Assembly: GCA_030690415.1 (NCBI GenBank)
Contig: JAUYGZ010000012.1
Coordinates: 19,325-83,324 of the forward strand
DNA from: a bacterium
GTDB lineage: Bacteria > Patescibacteriota > Gracilibacteria > JAUYGZ01
Reading direction: 5' to 3'
DNA: 64,000 nt
In this document: positions 53,362-62,848 of the stretch, in pieces
Numbering within the stretch: position 1 is the stretch's first letter
How the letters are laid out: each line of letters starts with the position of its first letter
Made by a program: the position numbers and the translations under genes
Notes under the pieces: model-generated
Told to the model about the DNA's origin: nothing
Seen by the model: the letters and a program-made list of their open reading frames with translations, nothing else
Databases searched by the model: none

Positions 53362-54021
53362 ATGCCAAATCTTGGAAAACTCGTGCTCGTCCGCCACGGC
53401 GCTTCAGAATGGAATATTCATAATATTTTTACGGGCTGGATGGATGTTCCCCTGGCAGAACAAGGCATCGAAGAAGCCCATGAAGCCGGCAAGAAGCTGA
53501 AAGGGCTGCATTTTGATATAGCCTTTACCTCAGTATTGTCCAGGGCCATCGACACGCAAAAGATCATCTTAGATGAAATCGGACAAAGTGACATCCTCGT
53601 TTTCAAAGACCAAGCCCTCAATGAGAGGCATTATGGAGCTCTCCAGGGAAAGAACAAGGATAAAACCCGGGAAGAATTTGGAGAAGAACAAGTTCAGCTC
53701 TGGAGACGCAGTTACGACATTGCTCCGCCTGAAGGAGAGAGCCTCAAGGACACCTGTGACAGAACCATCCCCTACCTCACCGAAAAAATCCTCACGGAAG
53801 TTAAACAAGGTAAAAATGTCCTGGTCACCGCTCACGGCAACAGCCTGAGAAGCATCGTCATGAAGCTGGAAAAGCTCAGCCCCGATGAGATTATCAAGGT
53901 CAATATCCCCACGGGAGTACCCTATATCTACACCTTCGACACTGAGATGAACGTGATCAACCGGGAAATTCTCAATGGAAGTATTTCTCAGCTGACCCAC
54001 CTCGAGCGGGAAGTCCAATAG
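53362..54021 (+). CDS. gpmA: 2,3-bisphosphoglycerate-dependent phosphoglycerate mutase
   Basis: Start at the ATG at 53362. Motifs are LVLVRHGASEWN, ERHYGALQG and VTAHGNSLR. Confidence 0.93.
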   Translation: MPNLGKLVLVRHGASEWNIHNIFTGWMDVPLAEQGIEEAHEAGKKLKGLHFDIAFTSVLSRAIDTQKIILDEIGQSDILVFKDQALNERHYGALQGKNKDKTREEFGEEQVQLWRRSYDIAPPEGESLKDTCDRTIPYLTEKILTEVKQGKNVLVTAHGNSLRSIVMKLEKLSPDEIIKVNIPTGVPYIYTFDTEMNVINREILNGSISQLTHLEREVQ

Positions 54022-54070
54022 TCCGCTTCATTTTTTTATTTTCTATTTTTTTGTTTCCTATTTCCAGTCT

Positions 54071-54115
54071 TCATAATCATCCTTATAGTCATTATAGTCC
54101 TTATCATCCTTCCCC
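54071..54115. repeat. KD-repeat element copy, intergenic, in the hpf 5' region
   Basis: tcataatcatccttatagtcattatagtccttatcatccttcccc read directly, ending 8 nt before the hpf ATG. Confidence 0.75.
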
Positions 54116-54122
54116 ATTTCCC

Positions 54123-54506
54123 ATGAATCTCCGATTCCACTTCAAAAACACCACGGAAGCTCTCAAAGAAGACCTCAAACTCTACGCCGAAAAACGCTTC
54201 GAACACCTGGAACGCTTCCTGTCCAGCTATCAGGAAGACAACAAAATCCTCACCATCGATATCGAACATCATGAACGACATGAATCCTACGAAGTGAAAT
54301 CAACGCTTCAGATTGGCGGAAAAGTGCTGCATCACACTGAAATGACCCATGTTCCCAAAGAAGCCATTGACAAGGCTGAAGCCAACCTGATCCGACAAGC
54401 CAAAAAACACATCGAGCACATAAGAGAAAAGGGAATCCCCCTAGAAAAAGTGAATAAAGAACTCCCTGAAGAAGAAGCCCCTCCGATGAGTTATGACAAT
54501 ATTTAG
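54123..54506 (+). CDS. hpf: Ribosome hibernation promoting factor / RaiA family
   Basis: Start at the ATG at 54123. Sequence MNLRFHFKNTTEALKEDLKLYAEKRFEHLERF...YEVKSTLQIGGKVLHHTEMTHVPKEAIDKAEANLIRQ matches the family. Confidence 0.85.
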   Translation: MNLRFHFKNTTEALKEDLKLYAEKRFEHLERFLSSYQEDNKILTIDIEHHERHESYEVKSTLQIGGKVLHHTEMTHVPKEAIDKAEANLIRQAKKHIEHIREKGIPLEKVNKELPEEEAPPMSYDNI

Positions 54507-54528
54507 ACCGTAACTGCCAACATCTCCT

Positions 54529-54606
54529 AAAAAACTCACCCCCTTCGCTTAACGCTCTTTCCCCCTCTCTTCCGAAGAGAGGGGGACCAAGGGGGTGAGT
54601 TTTTTT
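54529..54606. terminator. Bidirectional compound terminator (nested GC hairpins flanked by A6 and T7 runs)
   Basis: Outer stem aaaaaactcaccccc / gggggtgagtttttt. Inner hairpin ccccctctctt-ccg-aagagaggggg. Lies between convergent hpf and pcrA. Confidence 0.75.
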
Positions 54607-54660
54607 ACCGCGTCTGACGGGTATGTTTACCTCTTCTATCAGGAGGCCTGTACAGTTACT

Positions 54661-56871
54661 TTAAACCTTCCTCACCGGCGCCACATTCAGCGCAATTTTC
54701 TTCATGCCATAATGTTCAAACTCAACATCCGCGATATCCCCTTTGAGAGTGCGAATAATGCCCCGGCCGAAGACCTTATGCTCCAGCTCATCACCTTCGA
54801 TAAATGCTGATGCGGAGCTGCCAAACCCTTTTGATCCACTCAATTGCTGCATAAACCCCGGTATTTCATCCGAAAATACAATTTTTTCCTCTCTCCCCAC
54901 CTCTCGCAATCGCCCCACCATCTCTACTTCTCCCTGCTGAGCCAGGTATTCCCCATCCGCACATTCGGGAGGTAGGTGTTTCAAAAATGAGGAGGGAGGG
55001 TTGTACTGCGTTTCACCAAAAAGCATTCTCCTCCGGGCCCAGATAAGATGCAAAAACTCTCTGGCGCGGGTCATCCCCACATACATCAACCGCCGCTCTT
55101 CTTCCATCTGCTCAGGATCAAAAGCCGCACGGGAATGAGGAAAAACCCCTTCTTCCAGGCCGATCAGGTACACGTGCTTAAATTCAAGTCCCTTCGAACT
55201 GTGAATCGTCATCAGGGTCAAATAATCTTCAGAACCCTGAAGTTCATCCGTATCGCTGACCAAAGCCACTTCCTCAAGAAAGGTCGACAGGCCCACTCCC
55301 AACTCCAGCTCATCATATTTTTTCGCGACGGAAATCAATTCTTCCACGTTTTCAAGACGAGTTTGACCTACTTCTTTTTCTTCCAGGAGCATTTTGTCAT
55401 ATCCGGTCCGATACAAAATCTCCCGAATGAGAGTCGAAACCGGAAACTCACGACTAAAGACCTGAAGCCCCTCAATCAGTCGTGCAAACCGCTGAAGTTG
55501 CGCGTACTTGGATTCTGGCAGCTCGGTGAGAAGAAGATCTGAACCCGCTGCCATCACCTGAAACAGAGAAAACCCCTGCCGCACCGCCACCCGCAAAGCA
55601 GACTCAAGAGTCTTGGCACCGATCTTTCGAGAGGGAGTATTGATAATCCGAATCAGAGAGGCATCATCCCGGGCATTATGAATCAGACGGAGATAGCCCA
55701 CCATGTCTTTGATTTCCTTTCGAGCATAAAACCTCACTCCCCCAATAACCTTGTAGGGAATACCATACCGCAAGCAGGCCTCCTCCATGACACGAGATTG
55801 CGCATTGGTGCGGTAGAGAACCGCATGCTCATTCAAGTGCCCTAAAGAACGGCTCACCTGCTGAAGTACATAATCCGCCTCCGCTCTTTCATCATCCACA
55901 TCAACCATCTGAACTTTTTCACCTTCGGTCAGTTCAGTCCAAAGCTGCTTTTCAATTCGCCCCTTATTATGTGCGATAACAGCCTCTGCTCCGGAAAGAA
56001 TATGAGGTGTCGAACGATAGTTTTGCTCAAGCTTCACGACCTTCGCCTCTTGATATTCCCGCTCAAACTGAAGAATATTGGTGATATCAGCCCCTCTCCA
56101 TGAATAAATATTTTGATCAGGATCACCCACCACACAAAGGTTTCGATATGCCTGAGCAAGAAGCTGAATCAGTCGATACTGAGCCGTATTCGTATCCTGA
56201 TACTCATCGACATGCAGATATTTCCAACGATACTGGTACTTCTGTAAAATAGTCTCATGCTGTTCAAAAAGCTCGACCGTCTTCATGATCAAATCATCGA
56301 AATCCAAAGAGGCAGACCTGAGAAGCGCCTTCTGATAGTGCTCGTAAACCAGTGCCACTTTTTGCTGAAAGGTATTCATCGCAGATCGCTCAAGGTCTTC
56401 AACCGTCTGCAATACATTCTTCGCGGCACTAATAGCACCCCTAATCGCCTTGGGATTGAAAGATTTTTCAGAAATCTGAAGCTCTTTCATGACACGTTTC
56501 ACCAAAGCCAATGAATCATCACTGTCGTAAATAACAAAACTCGTCTCATATCCCAAATGCTGGATCTCTCGACGTAAAATTTGCACACAAATGGAATGAA
56601 AGGTCCCCATCGTCGGCAGTCCGGAACTCAACACATCTGAATCTAGCAAGAGCTTCTCTACCCTTTCCTTCATCTCCCCAGCCGCCTTATTCGTAAAAGT
56701 AACCGCCAAGATTTGCCGGGGATCGACTTTTTTTTCCTGAATCAGATAAGCGATTCGATAAGTCAGAGCCATAGTCTTCCCGGTCCCCGCCCCCGCCAAA
56801 ATCAAAAGGGGCCCTTCAGTCGTCTGAACTGCCTCCTTTTGTCGGTCATTGAGGTGTTCGAGGAGATCCAT
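54661..56871 (-). CDS. pcrA: ATP-dependent DNA helicase PcrA/UvrD
   Basis: Start at the ATG at 56871 (MDLLEHLNDRQKEAVQTTEGPLLILAGAGTGKT). Also contains the VDEYQDTN and TIHSSKGLEF motifs and a C-terminal Tudor-like tail. Confidence 0.93.
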   Translation of the reverse strand: MDLLEHLNDRQKEAVQTTEGPLLILAGAGTGKTMALTYRIAYLIQEKKVDPRQILAVTFTNKAAGEMKERVEKLLLDSDVLSSGLPTMGTFHSICVQILRREIQHLGYETSFVIYDSDDSLALVKRVMKELQISEKSFNPKAIRGAISAAKNVLQTVEDLERSAMNTFQQKVALVYEHYQKALLRSASLDFDDLIMKTVELFEQHETILQKYQYRWKYLHVDEYQDTNTAQYRLIQLLAQAYRNLCVVGDPDQNIYSWRGADITNILQFEREYQEAKVVKLEQNYRSTPHILSGAEAVIAHNKGRIEKQLWTELTEGEKVQMVDVDDERAEADYVLQQVSRSLGHLNEHAVLYRTNAQSRVMEEACLRYGIPYKVIGGVRFYARKEIKDMVGYLRLIHNARDDASLIRIINTPSRKIGAKTLESALRVAVRQGFSLFQVMAAGSDLLLTELPESKYAQLQRFARLIEGLQVFSREFPVSTLIREILYRTGYDKMLLEEKEVGQTRLENVEELISVAKKYDELELGVGLSTFLEEVALVSDTDELQGSEDYLTLMTIHSSKGLEFKHVYLIGLEEGVFPHSRAAFDPEQMEEERRLMYVGMTRAREFLHLIWARRRMLFGETQYNPPSSFLKHLPPECADGEYLAQQGEVEMVGRLREVGREEKIVFSDEIPGFMQQLSGSKGFGSSASAFIEGDELEHKVFGRGIIRTLKGDIADVEFEHYGMKKIALNVAPVRKV

Positions 56872-56939
56872 AAAGGATTGAAAAAGGGGACCCATGATAT
56901 CACAGGCCCCCAATCTTGTCATTGATGCTAAAAGACCTC

Positions 56940-57614
56940 TTAATTTCCACTCCCTGACTCTCCCCTCCTCATTCTCCTCTCACGAATCTTTTTCACTTCC
57001 TTCTTCACAGCCGTTCGAATCCTTTCTTTCGCGTCTCGAACACAATCCTTTCGATCTTCATCCTGGCTGCACATTCTAACCAGGCGTCCAACACCACGCT
57101 CCACTTTCCGGTGATGAGATCGAAGTTTCCGAAAAAGATTTTTAAGATCTTTTGAATTCAACAAACGCTTCAGTGCGTGAAGTCGATCTTTGAAGTTATC
57201 AAATCGTTTGAGCTGTCGATTTTTGGTCAAGAGGTAAGCCTTGAGTAAAAGAGCCTGCTGCTCGGAAGTAAGCTGATCCTCAGTTAATCCATCTGGAAGA
57301 GCGGCCAAACCCTCTTCGACTTCGGTCAACTGCGCATCGAAGTCTTCCTCAGAAACAGAACTCTCCACCTCAGCAGCCGCGTCAGACTCATCATTCGTCT
57401 GAACATCTTCCATTTTCTGTTCATCATCAGAAGTGCTCTCCGCACTACTGTCATCTGAAGTATTCTCCATGTTTTCATCCTCAGTTCCACTGCTCGAATC
57501 AGTTGAAGTGGTATCGGTTGAGTCAGAGTCTTCCGCATACACAAAATTCACACCACTCGAAACACTGGTCATGATCAACACCAGCACCAAGAGTAAAGAT
57601 AAGAAACGTTTCAT
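56940..57614 (-). CDS. Secreted acidic Ser/Asp/Glu-rich protein with a basic C-terminus
   Basis: Start at the ATG at 57614 (MKRFLSLLLVLVLIMTSVSSGVNFVYA). Low-complexity acidic region followed by a KR-rich helical tail. Confidence 0.6.
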   Translation of the reverse strand: MKRFLSLLLVLVLIMTSVSSGVNFVYAEDSDSTDTTSTDSSSGTEDENMENTSDDSSAESTSDDEQKMEDVQTNDESDAAAEVESSVSEEDFDAQLTEVEEGLAALPDGLTEDQLTSEQQALLLKAYLLTKNRQLKRFDNFKDRLHALKRLLNSKDLKNLFRKLRSHHRKVERGVGRLVRMCSQDEDRKDCVRDAKERIRTAVKKEVKKIRERRMRRGESGSGN

Positions 57615-57681
57615 AAAAATGGAGTTAAAAATACACTGACGCCACTCTAGCAAAAAAAGAAAGCTAACAACAGAGGGAAAC

Positions 57682-57960
57682 TCAAACAAAAACAGAAACC
57701 AAAGCATAGCGAATCAGATCGATCAGAATCAAAGCCACCAGAGGAGCCCAATCAACCATAGCCACCATCCCCTCACCTCGAGGCAAACGGGAACGAATCG
57801 GTGAAATCACCTGTTCTGTGGTACGCAAGACAAAGATCACCACGGGATGAGTAGAATGGGGGGCGACCCAGGAGATAATAATCCTGGCCACAATCAGAAA
57901 ACTCAAGGCCCTTAAAAACCAATACACACCAATGACGAGAAAAGAAAGATCGATTTGCAT
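57682..57960 (-). CDS. yggT: YggT-family membrane protein
   Basis: Start at the ATG at 57960. Sequence VARIIISWVAPHSTHPVVIFVLRTTEQVISPIRSRLP...VDWAPLVALILI is the YggT pattern. Confidence 0.8.
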   Translation of the reverse strand: MQIDLSFLVIGVYWFLRALSFLIVARIIISWVAPHSTHPVVIFVLRTTEQVISPIRSRLPRGEGMVAMVDWAPLVALILIDLIRYALVSVFV

Positions 57961-58041
57961 GCGGAGAAATGATGGTTCATGCTCATTGTAGCTGAAAAAC
58001 ATCGAAAATGAAGATATAATCCAACAGCCTTAACTACCATC

Positions 58042-59817
58042 ATGCTCACCGAAGACATCAAACAAATGCTCTCAACGACCATCAAAAAGCTCACCGGAAA
58101 AGTTCCTGAGAGCATTCACCTCGAACCTTCGGACAACCCAGATCACGGTGATTTTTCGACGAACAGTGCGCTCACCACCTCCAAACAACTCAAAAATAAA
58201 GCCCCCCTTGTAAGGGGGGGAGCGAACGAGAGTGAGCAGGGGGTTTTTTCTTCCCCCCGAGAAGTCGCCGAAGAACTCATCGCAGCTCTTCCTGAAAACG
58301 ACCTCATCTCCAAAACCGACATCGCCGGCCCGGGATTCATCAATTTTTGGCTGAGTGATAAGGCCTATCGTGAAGCCTTTTCATGGTTGAACAATAAAAT
58401 TGATCAGAATTCTTTTGGAGTGCTCGATATTGGCAAAGCGCAGACCGCGATCACCGACACCTCTCACCCAAATGTTGCCAAACCCATGGGGGTCCACCAC
58501 CTCCTTTCCACCATTATTGGACAATCCATCAACAATCTACTCAAAACCTGTGGATACACCCTGATCAAAGACAATTATCTCGGTGACTGGGGAACCCAAT
58601 TCGGGAAACTCACCTACGCCATCAAAACCTGGGGACACATGGAAGTGATCAAGTCCGATCCTATCCCGGAGCTCCTCAAGCTCTACGTAAAATTCCACGA
58701 AGAAGCCGAACAAAACCCAACTCTCGAAGACCAGGGCAGAATGGAATTCAAACGTCTGGAGGAAGGAAATCCTGAAAGCCGAAAGCTCCTGCAGTGGATC
58801 GTCGACCTCAGCCTCACCGAATTTCAAAACATCTATGACCGTCTCGGAGTTGATTTTGACCTGATGAACGGCGAGAGCTTTTATGAAGACAAAATGGAAA
58901 GCATCATCAAAGAAGGAGTCCGGAAGGGAATCATTGTTGAAGGCGAAAAAGGCGCACTCATCATCCCTATGAACGATCCAAATAAACCCCCGGCCATCAT
59001 CCGAAAAAAAGACGGCGCAACACTTTACGCCACTCGCGACCTCGCCAGAATCAAATATTGGCAAGACGAGCTGAAGGGAGATCTGGGCATCAACGTCGTC
59101 GACATCGCCCAAAAGCTCTATTTCGAACAGCTTTTTGAATCCGCCCAAAAGATGGGCTTTACAAAAATGAAGCAAGTCCACATCGACTTTGGAAGAATGG
59201 AATTCCCTGAAGGAGGCATGAGCACCCGTAAGGGGAAAGTCGTCTTACTCGAAGAGGTCCTCGACGAAGCCGAAAGACGAGCCTACGAAAAAATCGAATC
59301 TCACGACTCTGAACTTTCTGAGCAGGGAAAGCATGAGCTTGCACGGATCATGGGCATCGGAGCTATCAAGTACAATGTGCTTTCGCAAAACCGAAACAAG
59401 AACTACACCTTCGACTGGAACCAGATGCTCTCCTTCGAAGGCAATTCCGCACCCTACCTTCAGTACGCCTACACGCGTACCCAAAGTATTTTAAAAAAAG
59501 TAGCCGAGGATCAAAATCCTCGGCTAGACGATCCTCAGCTACGAGTATACGAACCCGAAGAAAAACAATTGATAAAAACCATCATCTCATTCGAAGACAT
59601 CATAAAAAGATCATTGGAAAACTATAAACCCAACCTCCTCTGCACCTACCTCTTCGAACTCGCTCAGAGCTTCAGTCAATTTTACAACAATCTACGGATC
59701 CTTGACGCCGAGTCAGAAGAAGAAATCCTAACCCGCCTTCAGCTCGTCAAAGACACCGCTTACGTCCTCAAAAAAGGCCTAGAAATCCTTGGGGTAGAAG
59801 TGCCGGAAAGGATGTAA
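58042..59817 (+). CDS. argS: Arginine--tRNA ligase with a ~20-aa insertion encoded by a GC-hairpin element
   Basis: 591 aa. HIGH-type motif is SHPNVAKPMGVHHL and the KMSK-type motif is GGMSTRKGKVV. The N-terminal domain carries KNKAPLVRGGANESEQGVFSS between conserved SKQL and PREVAEEL. Confidence 0.95.
   Translation: MLTEDIKQMLSTTIKKLTGKVPESIHLEPSDNPDHGDFSTNSALTTSKQLKNKAPLVRGGANESEQGVFSSPREVAEELIAALPENDLISKTDIAGPGFINFWLSDKAYREAFSWLNNKIDQNSFGVLDIGKAQTAITDTSHPNVAKPMGVHHLLSTIIGQSINNLLKTCGYTLIKDNYLGDWGTQFGKLTYAIKTWGHMEVIKSDPIPELLKLYVKFHEEAEQNPTLEDQGRMEFKRLEEGNPESRKLLQWIVDLSLTEFQNIYDRLGVDFDLMNGESFYEDKMESIIKEGVRKGIIVEGEKGALIIPMNDPNKPPAIIRKKDGATLYATRDLARIKYWQDELKGDLGINVVDIAQKLYFEQLFESAQKMGFTKMKQVHIDFGRMEFPEGGMSTRKGKVVLLEEVLDEAERRAYEKIESHDSELSEQGKHELARIMGIGAIKYNVLSQNRNKNYTFDWNQMLSFEGNSAPYLQYAYTRTQSILKKVAEDQNPRLDDPQLRVYEPEEKQLIKTIISFEDIIKRSLENYKPNLLCTYLFELAQSFSQFYNNLRILDAESEEEILTRLQLVKDTAYVLKKGLEILGVEVPERM
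58202..58219. repeat. GC hairpin CCCCCC-ttgtaa-GGGGGG inside argS
   Basis: Perfect 6-bp G/C arms read directly. Same family as 4818, 4895, 12515 and 54561. Confidence 0.75.
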
Positions 59818-59877
59818 TATAAACTGACAATGAACATCTCTAAAAAAGCCATTCGTTTGTCCAAAATCTCCAACAAA

Positions 59878-61437
59878 CTAATACTGAAAAGATGAAAAAT
59901 CTTCAAACTCCTCCGGCATTCTGAGGACATCTTTATCTGCCGTGTTAATCCGATTCACAGGGAAAAGCAAGGTCCTCACAATGATCTGGGCCGCTTTGCC
60001 TCGCGTCAGACGCTGTCCCGGATAGATTGGCCCACCCTCTTGAACTTCGGTGAGAATACCCTCTCTAAAAGCGGTCTTCACATACCGACTAAACCAGTCA
60101 TGATTACTCACATCAGAAAACTCCACAAGTGTATCATCCTTAATTTCAAGAGTTGTAAAGTGCATGGCCATTTTCAGGGCTTCCACCAGATTGACCGTTT
60201 GTTCCGGATGAAAAAGCCCATCCGGATAACCTTTAGTGACACCAAGAACATCCGCCTGAAAGACGTAATGCGAGAACCATTGCCCTGGCAAGACATCCTT
60301 GTATCGAGCAGAAAAAATATCCGGCTGAATATCATAATTCAAGACGCCAAAAATCAGCTTCAGAAACTCTGCCCGATTGATCGCGTTCGTCGGCCGCATC
60401 GTGCCATCCTGATACCCCTTCATCACACCGAGATGATAGAGCTCGAGAATGGAATTTTGATACTCTGGAGCCAAAGCCAGATCAGAAAAATCCATCGATT
60501 TGTCATTGACGATCACCCGTACCACCTGAGGAGCTGAGATCTGAGTCCCTAAATCTTCACAAAGCTCCTGAGCCCGCACTCGAAGCGTAAAAGACCCCGT
60601 GTTTTGCGGAACAAAAGAAAGATCTCCAAAGCGATCATCAATCGTCACATCCACGATCTCCATACCGTTTGGCTTTTGCCAGCTGAACTGAAAAAACTGG
60701 CATTTCCCATCCGGGTCATAGACATCATCCAGGTGAATCGCAACCGGCTCACCCAGGAAGGTCAGTCGATCCTGAATGCGAATATTGATTTCGGGACGAC
60801 GGCTGGGTTCATTGCTGAAATCAAGCTCTGGAAGGGATGAAGGGTCTGAACTTAATCCACCGCCAGAACCATCAAGCGTTTCCTCAACTAAAGGCGGCGT
60901 TCCCCCTCCCTCAGGACAGGCCTGGGGTAGTGTTAGCTCAGACCGAAGGGCCCAGCAGAGAGGATCGATATCATGTCGATGCTCGATTTTATAGCTGGAA
61001 AAAGCTGAGGGATCATCCTGAAGAAGGCTCAGCAGAGTATTCTCCTCGACCTCCGTATGAGGCAGGTAATACAAAATAAGATGAACGGAAGAATTTGCTT
61101 CGCTGTCTCTCTCGACATACAAGGTCCCTCGCTCAAATATCTGAAGTCCCGAAGCCACACTCTGTTTTCCTCCAGAAACCAGCTCGAAATACACCTGATC
61201 AAAATCAAAAGAACCAGTATCCTGATCCGCGTAAACGGCTATGTACCCGCTTCCCGGCACGAATCGATTCGTACTGCCGGTGGTCAACACGTCATTGTAG
61301 AGCACCACCACGCCATTTGAGAGAACATCTCCCTGTAAAGGCACCAGAGCAGGGCCCATAAAAAACGCGAAATACACCAGGAGAGCAGCCACCACGAGCA
61401 ACAAAGCAATTCCGAATTTTTCTGCAAGGTATTTCAT
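59878..61437 (-). CDS. Membrane-anchored protein with three C-terminal SLH repeats
   Basis: N-terminal TM segment is FGIALLLVVAALLVYFAFF. SLH motifs are FSDLALAPEYQNSILELYHLGVMKGYQDGTMRP, YKDVLPGQWFSHYVFQADVLGVTKGYPDGLFHP and FSDVSNHDWFSRYVKTAFREGIL. Confidence 0.8.
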   Translation of the reverse strand: MKYLAEKFGIALLLVVAALLVYFAFFMGPALVPLQGDVLSNGVVVLYNDVLTTGSTNRFVPGSGYIAVYADQDTGSFDFDQVYFELVSGGKQSVASGLQIFERGTLYVERDSEANSSVHLILYYLPHTEVEENTLLSLLQDDPSAFSSYKIEHRHDIDPLCWALRSELTLPQACPEGGGTPPLVEETLDGSGGGLSSDPSSLPELDFSNEPSRRPEINIRIQDRLTFLGEPVAIHLDDVYDPDGKCQFFQFSWQKPNGMEIVDVTIDDRFGDLSFVPQNTGSFTLRVRAQELCEDLGTQISAPQVVRVIVNDKSMDFSDLALAPEYQNSILELYHLGVMKGYQDGTMRPTNAINRAEFLKLIFGVLNYDIQPDIFSARYKDVLPGQWFSHYVFQADVLGVTKGYPDGLFHPEQTVNLVEALKMAMHFTTLEIKDDTLVEFSDVSNHDWFSRYVKTAFREGILTEVQEGGPIYPGQRLTRGKAAQIIVRTLLFPVNRINTADKDVLRMPEEFEDFSSFQY

Positions 61438-61524
61438 GGATCCATTCTATCACAATTTTTTGTCATTTCGACCGTGTAGGGATTGATTGTAATCAATCCC
61501 TGATTTTGCAGAATCAACGAAGTT

Positions 61525-62745
61525 TTAATAAAGGAACCCAAAGAGATAGAGAGGAATAACGTTTTTCTCACCCTCCGTAATACCATCGAGCACGAGATAA
61601 CGCTGTGGATTTTTTTTGAAGTTTGCCCAGGTCTTGTTCTTTCCTCCGATCTCAAACACCTGTTTACCGATACGCAGATCACCAATTTCCGAGTACGACA
61701 CGGTCAGGCCGGCATTTTGAGCCTGGTTGAGGACAAAAAGCTCCCGAATCTGACCAATGTCCACGGGTTGATCCAGTGTCATGGTAATACTTCGAAGCAT
61801 ATTGGGATTCTCTAAAAAGACTTTGGCGGCGTTCCGTATGAGCTTCGAACCTCGAGCATCCATAAGGAGAAAACGGATCAGTCCGGCCTGTCTCAGAAAT
61901 TCCACATACTCAGCGGCAGTTTCATGAGCAACCCCCAAATGCTTGGCAAGATTGTGGGTATTAACTGTCCCAGGAGGAATCGTGGCGAGAAAGTACAGGA
62001 TTTTTGTGAGAAGGGTAAGATTTCCAGTTTTGAGCTGGTGTACTCGGGCAATATCCAGATAAATCGTTTTTTCTATTGTTGAATTCACTCTTTGGAGGTA
62101 TTCCTGCCAGGAAGCAGATTCGAGAGAAAACGGATAATATCCCTGCTCTAAATAGTCCTTCAGCTCCTTGAGAGGAGATATATTTTCTCTGATACGAGCC
62201 GTCCACTCACCACTGTTCTTCATCAGTTGAGGCAAGCTCAAGACTTGGAGATGGATACCATTTTTAAGCTCCAGGAATTCACGGAAAGACAGTCCCGGGA
62301 GGTCATACATCAAAGCTCGTCGAGAGAGATCATAGGTCCCTTGAATAAGATCCAGAGAAGAACTGCCTGAAAAAATGACACGAAGCTTTGGATAACGGTC
62401 ATAGAGATTCTTGATTTCCTGTTGCCAGTTAGGATATTTATGGACCTCATCAAGGATTAAGAGTTTTCCCTCATATTCCTCCACAAATTGTGATCCGAAA
62501 TCCAATAGTGTGTTTGAAGAAAAGGAAAGGTCATCGAGAGAGACATAGAGTGACTGTCGATTCTCCGGTTTTTGGGTCATCAGGTACTGTAAAAGAAGCG
62601 TAGTTTTCCCTACGCCGCGTGGACCACGGATACCAATAAGACGATTTGAAAATCGGATTTTTTTAATCAAAAATCGCTGGAATGTGGTTGGGGTGTTTTT
62701 CAGTAGCCCTTGTTGAAGGCTGAAAAAATGTTTCATAGAGCTCAT
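61525..62745 (-). CDS. AAA+ ATPase of the AAA_14/DUF4143 type
   Basis: 406 aa. Walker A is GIRGPRGVGKTTLL and Walker B is LLILDEVH. The C-terminal wHTH-like part is typical of the DUF4143 family. Confidence 0.8.
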   Translation of the reverse strand: MSSMKHFFSLQQGLLKNTPTTFQRFLIKKIRFSNRLIGIRGPRGVGKTTLLLQYLMTQKPENRQSLYVSLDDLSFSSNTLLDFGSQFVEEYEGKLLILDEVHKYPNWQQEIKNLYDRYPKLRVIFSGSSSLDLIQGTYDLSRRALMYDLPGLSFREFLELKNGIHLQVLSLPQLMKNSGEWTARIRENISPLKELKDYLEQGYYPFSLESASWQEYLQRVNSTIEKTIYLDIARVHQLKTGNLTLLTKILYFLATIPPGTVNTHNLAKHLGVAHETAAEYVEFLRQAGLIRFLLMDARGSKLIRNAAKVFLENPNMLRSITMTLDQPVDIGQIRELFVLNQAQNAGLTVSYSEIGDLRIGKQVFEIGGKNKTWANFKKNPQRYLVLDGITEGEKNVIPLYLFGFLY

Positions 62746-62848
62746 AAAGCACTACAGACAGTATATCATATTGTTCAAGTGAAGTCGAAGTATTTTGTAT
62801 TTTTTTTCGAGTGGACTCTAAACAGAAATTCCTAAGAAGCTTCCGCCC

